DNA of 64,000 bases, from contig JBEPZV010000003.1 of assembly GCA_041640655.1 (NCBI GenBank), positions 90,369 through 154,368 of the forward strand. The letters run 5' to 3'. The DNA is from a bacterium (GTDB lineage Bacteria; Acidobacteriota; Blastocatellia; HR10). The notes beneath the pieces were generated by a model. That model was not told where the DNA came from and did not search any database. It saw only the letters and a list, made by a program, of their open reading frames with translations. The number at the start of each line of letters is the position of its first letter. Position 1 is the first letter of the stretch. Made by a program: the position numbers and the translations under genes. Shown here one piece after another: positions 57,444-64,000 of the stretch.

Positions 57444-60422
57444 ATGAGCAAGCATCGAATGGTCGTCATGCTGGTACTGTGTGCGCTCGTAGTCCCCTCA
57501 GTCAGTCCGCGAGGATCGTTCGGGCGGAGCGCGGGACAGGCGGCTCCGATCCCGATTCGTGGCCTGCAGGACGAAGTGCGCGTAGTTCGCGATCAGTTCG
57601 GCATCCCCCATATCTTCGCCCGGAACGATCACGACGTCTATTTCATGATGGGCTACGTGCAGGCGCAGGATCGGTTCTTCCAAATGGACTTCCTCCGCCG
57701 CGCGGCCAGTGGTACGCTCGCCGAGTTGCTCGGCCCGGGGCCGAATGATCGCGTGCTCGCGCAGGATGTTCAACTTCGCGTGCTCGGATTGCGACGGGCG
57801 GCTGAGGCGTCCTTCCCGGCGCTCTCTGCTGACGCCCAGGCCGTTTTGCAAGCTTTCGCCGAAGGGGTCAACGCTTTCCTGCGCGATCGGCCCCTGCCGC
57901 CGGAATATGGAGCGCTCGAGCTGACGAAAGATGCCATTCCGGCTTGGGACCCTGTGGATAGCGTCGTCATCGGCAAGCTGCTCGCGTTCCAGCTCTCGTT
58001 CACACTGGACGATATTGACTTCACCGTGCGCTTGGCGGCTTATCAGCAGGCGGGGCAGGCGTTTGGCTTCGACGGAACGAAGCTCTTCTTCGAAGACATC
58101 TTCCGAAGCGCGCCCTTTGACCCCTCGATCTCGATCCCCGGCTTTCTTCAGGCTGCGGACGCGCGCCGTGCAGCCTCGCAGCAGGCGAAGATCGAATGGA
58201 GTCGGCAGATCGGAGAGGTCACCCGCTGGGTGAGTCCCGAGACAATTCGCGCCGCGCGCGAGTATCTGCGGGAGATTCGGGACCTGCCGTTTTTGCAGAA
58301 CGCGCTCGGTCGGACGACGGCTCCCTCGGGCAGTAACTGGTGGATCATCAGCGGCGCGAAGACCGATACGGGCTTCCCCATGTTGGCGAACGATCCGCAT
58401 CTGGGGCTTGGCGTGCCCCCGATCTTCTACGAGATGCATCTCGTCGTCGAAGGGCCGAATCCGATGAACGTCATGGGGGTGAGCTTCGCCGGGACGCCTG
58501 TGATCGTGCTCGGCATGAACGAGCGCATCGCGTGGGGAGCGACGACGAACCCGATGGATGTGACCGATGTTTACGAGGAGCGCGTCATCATTGACATCGC
58601 GACGCAACTGCCGCGCGCGGCGATCTTTCGCGAGGGGCGTCGGCCGATCCTCGCCATTCCGCAGACATTCCGGGTCAATCAGCCGGGCAATGGGACAGCG
58701 AACGACCTCGTCGTCATTCCGCCCAGCACGTTGCCCAGTGGGGTGAGTGTGCCGCCGGCAGCGCTTGTCATCCCGGATCGCAACAATGCGCCGATCGTCC
58801 GCGTCGTGAAATCGGATCTTTCCGACTTCCGCGTCCTGAGCGTGCAGTATACGGGCTTCGGCCCCACGCGCGAGCTGGAGACGTTCCTCATCTGGCATCG
58901 AGCGAAGAATCTGGAGGACTTCAAGCGCGGACTCCAATACTTCGACTTCGGCTCGCAGAATTGGGCCTATGTGGATGTGGACGGCAATATCGCGTATTTC
59001 ACCAGTGGCGAGCTGCCTTTGCGCGAGGATTTGAATGAGGGGATCGTGGACGGCCTTCCGCCCTTCTTCATCCGCAATGGTGCCGGGGCGCTCTTGCGAC
59101 AGGACGGCAGCATCGAGCGGATCGTCAAGAACGAATGGGTGTCGCTCAGGACGCGTCAGCCGGGGCAGGCCGTACCGTTCGAGATCTTGCCTTTTGAGGA
59201 GATGCCACAGGTGGTCAACCCCGCTTCGGGGTTCATCGCCAACGCCAACAACGATCCGATTGGGACGACGCTCGACAACAATCCGCTCAATCAGTTGCGG
59301 CGCGGCGGGCGCGGGATTCTCTATCTGAATCCCGGCTACAGCATCGGCGCGCGGCTTGGACGTATCGTCCGATTGATTCAACGGGAGTTGGATCCGGCGT
59401 TGGGAGGAGACGGGCGCATCTCGCTGGAGGACATGAAGCGATTTCAGGCGAACGTGCAGATGCTGGATGCCGAAGTCCTGGTGCCCTACATTCGACAAGC
59501 CTTCGCCAATGCGCAGGCGGTGGGAGCGCCGGCCCCTCTGGCCAGTCTGGCTCAGGATGCGCGCTTGGCCGAGGCAGTGGATCGACTCGCTCGTTGGGAC
59601 TTCAGCGCGCCAACGGGCATCCCCGAAGGGTATGATGCCTCAGACGTGGATGGAGAGCGACGGCCGCCTTCTCCGGATGAGGTCGCCGCGAGCGTGGCCG
59701 CTACGATCTACAGCGTCTGGCGCGCGCGGATCATCGCCAATACCATTGATGCGACGCTGGCGCGCGTCGGTTTGGCCGACTATCGGCCCTCCGGATCCTT
59801 GGCCCTGGTCGCTCTCCGCAACCTGCTGGACACCTTCGCCCAGAGCAGAGGGCGCGGGGCCTCGGGGCTGAATTTCTTCGACGTGCCGGGAGTGGATCTG
59901 CCGCCGGAGGCCGAGCGCGATATCCTCATTTTGAGGAGTTTGCAGGAGGCGCTGGAGCGGCTCGCCGGCGATGAGTTCCGCGCGGCCTTCAACAATTCGA
60001 CCAATCTGGAGGACTACCGCTGGGGCAAGCTCCACCGCATCGTCTTCACGCACACGTTGGGTGATCCCTTCAATATCCCGCCGGCCGGAGGGTTCGCGCA
60101 TCTGGCTCTGGCACTGCGCGGTGTGGCCGTGGATGGAGGCTTCGAGGTCGTAGATGCCTCCGGGCACGATGCGCGCGCCGAGGGGCTCAATGCGTTCATG
60201 TTCGGCAGTGGGCCCGCGCGACGTTTCCTCGGCGAGGCTCGACCGGAGGGGATTCGCGGGCTTCAGGTCATCCCGGGCGGCCAAAGCGGCGTCCTGGGGA
60301 GCCCGCTGTATGCGAGTCAGCTCGGCCTGTGGCTGACAAATGATTATCACCCGTTGTGGTTCACGCCTGAAGAGGTCGAGCGGAACAAGGTCTCCGAGCA
60401 GGTCTTCCGACCGGGCACATGA
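57444..60422 (+). CDS. Penicillin acylase family Ntn-hydrolase (exported)
   Basis: RDQFGIPHIFA, AQDRFFQMD, G|SNWW autoprocessing site, LANDPHL, PGGQSG...SP.Y. Confidence 0.93.
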   Translation: MSKHRMVVMLVLCALVVPSVSPRGSFGRSAGQAAPIPIRGLQDEVRVVRDQFGIPHIFARNDHDVYFMMGYVQAQDRFFQMDFLRRAASGTLAELLGPGPNDRVLAQDVQLRVLGLRRAAEASFPALSADAQAVLQAFAEGVNAFLRDRPLPPEYGALELTKDAIPAWDPVDSVVIGKLLAFQLSFTLDDIDFTVRLAAYQQAGQAFGFDGTKLFFEDIFRSAPFDPSISIPGFLQAADARRAASQQAKIEWSRQIGEVTRWVSPETIRAAREYLREIRDLPFLQNALGRTTAPSGSNWWIISGAKTDTGFPMLANDPHLGLGVPPIFYEMHLVVEGPNPMNVMGVSFAGTPVIVLGMNERIAWGATTNPMDVTDVYEERVIIDIATQLPRAAIFREGRRPILAIPQTFRVNQPGNGTANDLVVIPPSTLPSGVSVPPAALVIPDRNNAPIVRVVKSDLSDFRVLSVQYTGFGPTRELETFLIWHRAKNLEDFKRGLQYFDFGSQNWAYVDVDGNIAYFTSGELPLREDLNEGIVDGLPPFFIRNGAGALLRQDGSIERIVKNEWVSLRTRQPGQAVPFEILPFEEMPQVVNPASGFIANANNDPIGTTLDNNPLNQLRRGGRGILYLNPGYSIGARLGRIVRLIQRELDPALGGDGRISLEDMKRFQANVQMLDAEVLVPYIRQAFANAQAVGAPAPLASLAQDARLAEAVDRLARWDFSAPTGIPEGYDASDVDGERRPPSPDEVAASVAATIYSVWRARIIANTIDATLARVGLADYRPSGSLALVALRNLLDTFAQSRGRGASGLNFFDVPGVDLPPEAERDILILRSLQEALERLAGDEFRAAFNNSTNLEDYRWGKLHRIVFTHTLGDPFNIPPAGGFAHLALALRGVAVDGGFEVVDASGHDARAEGLNAFMFGSGPARRFLGEARPEGIRGLQVIPGGQSGVLGSPLYASQLGLWLTNDYHPLWFTPEEVERNKVSEQVFRPGT

Positions 60423-60431
60423 ACATGGCGC

Positions 60432-60458
60432 GGGGGGGCTCCAGTGTGGGTCCCCCCC
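60432..60458 (+). terminator. GC-rich hairpin after penicillin acylase
   Basis: GGGGGGGCTCCA-GTG-TGGGTCCCCCCC; no clear U-tract. Confidence 0.4.
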
Positions 60459-60483
60459 TCCCTGTCAGCTCACGCAGATGGTC

Positions 60484-60512
60484 TTGACAAGGTGGGGAAT
60501 TGCGACTATAGT
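60484..60512 (+). promoter_or_regulatory. Sigma70 promoter of the str operon
   Basis: TTGACA-17 nt-TATAGT. Confidence 0.8.
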
Positions 60513-60843
60513 TTGGCCTTTTGGAGATTGAGTTGGAGCGCGTAACCGGGGGAAGGAGCCGTCGAAGAGGCGAGCGCTTATTGTGGCGTCGGAATGAACA
60601 TCGGAGTGGGAGACCGCTCCGGTGATCTCGCGGAACCTCTTGGGAACGCCACAGAAAAGCTCGGGGCGACGAGGGGCGCCTGAAGAGACGGCTCCGGCAG
60701 GACGCGATTTTGAAGATCGCGGCTCACGGTGCAGGCCCTTCCGGTAGACCCCTCAAAGCCGGTTGTCGGGAGGTGGCTTTTTCGGAGGCCATCGGCTGGT
60801 TCCGATGAGCCTCTGTGAGATCGTGGGAAGGAGTGGAGACGCT

Positions 60844-61236
60844 GTGCCAACGTTAGCGCAATTGGTTCGATATGGGCGGGAGAAGGTCAGAGTCAAGTCG
60901 AAGAGCCCGGCCTTGCAGGGCTGTCCGCAAAAGCGCGGCGTCTGCGTGCAGGTCAAGACGATGACGCCCAAGAAGCCGAACTCGGCCCTGCGCAAGATCG
61001 CGCGCGTGCGCTTGACCAATGGCATTGAGGTGACGGCTTACATTCCGGGGATCGGACATAACCTGCAGGAGCACTCGATCGTGCTCATCCGCGGGGGGCG
61101 CGTCAAGGACCTCCCGGGCGTGCGGTATCACATCATTCGCGGCACGCTGGACGCCGCGGGGGTGGCCAATCGCAAACAAGGCCGGTCCAAATATGGGGCC
61201 AAGCGGCCGCGCGAGGCCGCTCAGCCGAAGAAGTGA
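60844..61236 (+). CDS. rpsL: 30S ribosomal protein S12
   Basis: GTG start, [31 protein letters not shown]. Confidence 0.99.
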   Translation: MPTLAQLVRYGREKVRVKSKSPALQGCPQKRGVCVQVKTMTPKKPNSALRKIARVRLTNGIEVTAYIPGIGHNLQEHSIVLIRGGRVKDLPGVRYHIIRGTLDAAGVANRKQGRSKYGAKRPREAAQPKK

Positions 61237-61240
61237 GTGA

Positions 61241-61723
<483 letters not shown>

Positions 61724-61735
61724 GGGAAGCCAGAG

Positions 61736-63850
61736 ATGCCACGACAGATCCCACTGGAGCGCGTTCGCAACATCGGTATCGCGGCGCATATTGACGCCGG
61801 CAAGACGACCACGACCGAGCGGATTTTGTACTACACGGGCGTGAACTACAAGATCGGGGAGGTGGACGAAGGCACGGCGACCATGGACTGGATGGTGCAG
61901 GAGCAGGAGCGGGGGATCACGATCACCTCGGCCGCGACGACCTGCTTCTGGCGCATCGGCGGGGCGAAGACGGGCGATCAGTACCGCATCAACATCATTG
62001 ACACACCGGGGCACGTGGACTTCACCATTGAAGTCGAGCGAAGCTTGCGGGTGCTCGACGGCATGATCGCGCTCTTCGATGCCGTCAATGGCGTGGAGCC
62101 GCAGTCGGAGACCGTCTGGCGGCAGGCGGAGAAATATCGGGTCCCGCGCATCGCGTTCGTGAATAAGATGGATCGTCAGGGGGCCGACTTCTGGATGGTC
62201 ATTGAGCAGATGCGTCGGCGGCTCGGCGCGCATCCGGTTCCCGTGCAAATCCCCATCGGTGGGGGAGACGAGCCATTCCGCGGCGTTGTGGACCTCATCC
62301 GGATGAAGGCCATCACCTGGATCGATGAGACGCTCGGGGCGGAGTTCCTCGTGGAGGATGTGCCCGAGTCGTTACAGGAGGCGGCCGAGCACGCGCGCGA
62401 GCGAATGCTGGAGGCGCTGGCCGATGAGGACGACGCGATCGCCGAGAAGTACTTGGAAGGGGAGCCGATCGAGGAGGAGGAGATTCGCGCCGCCCTGCGG
62501 CGGGGAACGATCCAGTTGCGCCTGGTGCCGGTGCTCTGCGGGGCGGCGTTTCGGAACAAGGGCATTCAGCCGCTCTTGGATGCCGTCATCTACTACTTGC
62601 CGTCGCCGGTGGATATTCCTCCCGTGCAAGGAGTGGATCCCCGAAGCGGAGACACGGTCACGCGTCGCGCGAGCGACGAGGAGCCGCTGGCGGCACTGGT
62701 CTTCAAGATCATGGCCGACAAGCACATCGGCCAGCTCACCTACATTCGCCTCTATTCGGGCACGCTCACGGCCGGCAGCAGCGTCTACAACGCCACCAAG
62801 GGGAAGCGGGATCGGATCGGGCGGCTGATGAAGGTGCATGCCAATAAGCGCGAGGATATCGAGGAGGCCTACGCGGGAGAGATCGTGGCTGCATCGGGGC
62901 TGCGGACGGTCACCACGGGCGATACGCTCTGCGATGAGGAGCATCCCATTGTGCTGGAGGCGATCGAAGTGCCGCGCCCGGTGATCTCCGTCGCCATCGA
63001 ACCCAAGACGCGCCAGGATCAAGATAAGCTGAGCTTAGCGCTCGGACGCCTGGCGCAAGAGGATCCCTCCTTCAAGGTGACGAGCGATCCCGAATCGGGA
63101 CAAACGCTCATCTCCGGGATGGGCGAGTTGCATCTGGAGATCATCGTGGATCGGCTCAAGCGCGAGTTCGGTGTCGAGGCGCACGTGAGCCGGCCGATGG
63201 TCAACTACCGCGAGACGATCACTCGGAAGGCGGTGGGCGAAGGGAAGTTCATTCGCCAGACGGGAGGACGCGGTCAGTACGGGCACGTGAAGCTGGAGAT
63301 CGAGCCGCTGCCCCCGGGCTCCGGCTTTGAATTTGTGGACGACATCTTCGGCGGGGTCATCCCGAAGGAGTTCATTCCGGCCGTCGAGGAGGGCGTTCGC
63401 GAGGCGATGGAACGCGGCGTGCTCGCCGGATACGAGATGGTGGACGTGCGCGTGCGCCTCTTCGATGGAAGCTACCATGAGGTGGATTCGAGCGAATTGG
63501 CCTTCAAGATCGCCGGCTCGCTCGCCTTTCAAGAGGCGGCGCGTCGGGCGGATCCGATTCTGCTGGAACCGATCATGAAGGTGGAGATCGTCACCCCCGA
63601 GGAGTACTTGGGGGCGATCACCGGAGACCTCAATGCGCGTCGAGGTCGCGTCGAGCACGTCGAGCATCGGCCGGGGACGGTGATCATCACGGCCTATGTC
63701 CCCCTGGCCGAGATGTTCGGCTATGCGACCGATCTGCGCTCGATGACGCAGGGGCGGGCGACCTATACCATGCACTTCTCGCACTACGAGCAGGTGCCGA
63801 AGGCCGTCAGCGAGGCCATCTTGAGTGGGACGCCGATCGCGACCCGATGA
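61736..63850 (+). CDS. fusA: Elongation factor G
   Basis: [34 protein letters not shown]. Confidence 0.99.
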   Translation: MPRQIPLERVRNIGIAAHIDAGKTTTTERILYYTGVNYKIGEVDEGTATMDWMVQEQERGITITSAATTCFWRIGGAKTGDQYRINIIDTPGHVDFTIEVERSLRVLDGMIALFDAVNGVEPQSETVWRQAEKYRVPRIAFVNKMDRQGADFWMVIEQMRRRLGAHPVPVQIPIGGGDEPFRGVVDLIRMKAITWIDETLGAEFLVEDVPESLQEAAEHARERMLEALADEDDAIAEKYLEGEPIEEEEIRAALRRGTIQLRLVPVLCGAAFRNKGIQPLLDAVIYYLPSPVDIPPVQGVDPRSGDTVTRRASDEEPLAALVFKIMADKHIGQLTYIRLYSGTLTAGSSVYNATKGKRDRIGRLMKVHANKREDIEEAYAGEIVAASGLRTVTTGDTLCDEEHPIVLEAIEVPRPVISVAIEPKTRQDQDKLSLALGRLAQEDPSFKVTSDPESGQTLISGMGELHLEIIVDRLKREFGVEAHVSRPMVNYRETITRKAVGEGKFIRQTGGRGQYGHVKLEIEPLPPGSGFEFVDDIFGGVIPKEFIPAVEEGVREAMERGVLAGYEMVDVRVRLFDGSYHEVDSSELAFKIAGSLAFQEAARRADPILLEPIMKVEIVTPEEYLGAITGDLNARRGRVEHVEHRPGTVIITAYVPLAEMFGYATDLRSMTQGRATYTMHFSHYEQVPKAVSEAILSGTPIATR

Positions 63851-63874
63851 GGCGCGCTGAAAGGAGCAACGGGT

Positions 63875-64000
63875 ATGGCCAAGGAGCGGTTTGAGCGGAC
63901 GAAGCCGCATGTGAATGTGGGGACGATTGGGCACATAGATCATGGGAAGACGACGTTGACGAGTGCGATCACGCGGGTGTTGCACAGTCGGAATCCGCGG
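63875..64000 (+). CDS. tuf: Elongation factor Tu (5' part, runs off window)
   Basis: [33 protein letters not shown]. Confidence 0.98.
   Translation, partial: MAKERFERTKPHVNVGTIGHIDHGKTTLTSAITRVLHSRNPR

Overview
GC-rich (about two-thirds G+C by eye) bacterial chromosomal window from a diderm, LPS-producing organism. The gene content (acidobacterial VWA protein, bshC, Elb-like lipid genes, a Ggs-like glycosyltransferase) suggests a thermophilic Acidobacteriota/Blastocatellia relative; this is inference. I saw no integrase, transposase, prophage, CRISPR array or rRNA. Main content, left to right: cdaR-cdaA, JAB peptidase, bshC; a ~13 kb divergent lipid cluster (PlsC, DAG-kinase family, two acyl-CoA ligases, ACP, HAD-like/fatty acyl reductase fusion, SDR, pyruvyltransferase) that looks like a split, expanded ElbD-type ether-lipid system; tatA; a rubrerythrin-Fe-S oxidoreductase-DUF3501-dps operon with a Fur-type box; an atypical LysW-like protein; a PuuD-like membrane protein with three DsrE-family proteins and an atypical TusA; prkA-yhbH-spoVR; dprA-topA-nuclease-like-truB; tRNA-Sec; 6S RNA-ymdB-skp-fabZ-lpxA-lpxI; lpxD; queG; a penicillin acylase; and rpsL-rpsG-fusA-tuf behind a ~330 nt structured leader. 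RTCGAY hexamers appear strongly avoided across the window. Calls come from motif recognition by eye; no searches were run.
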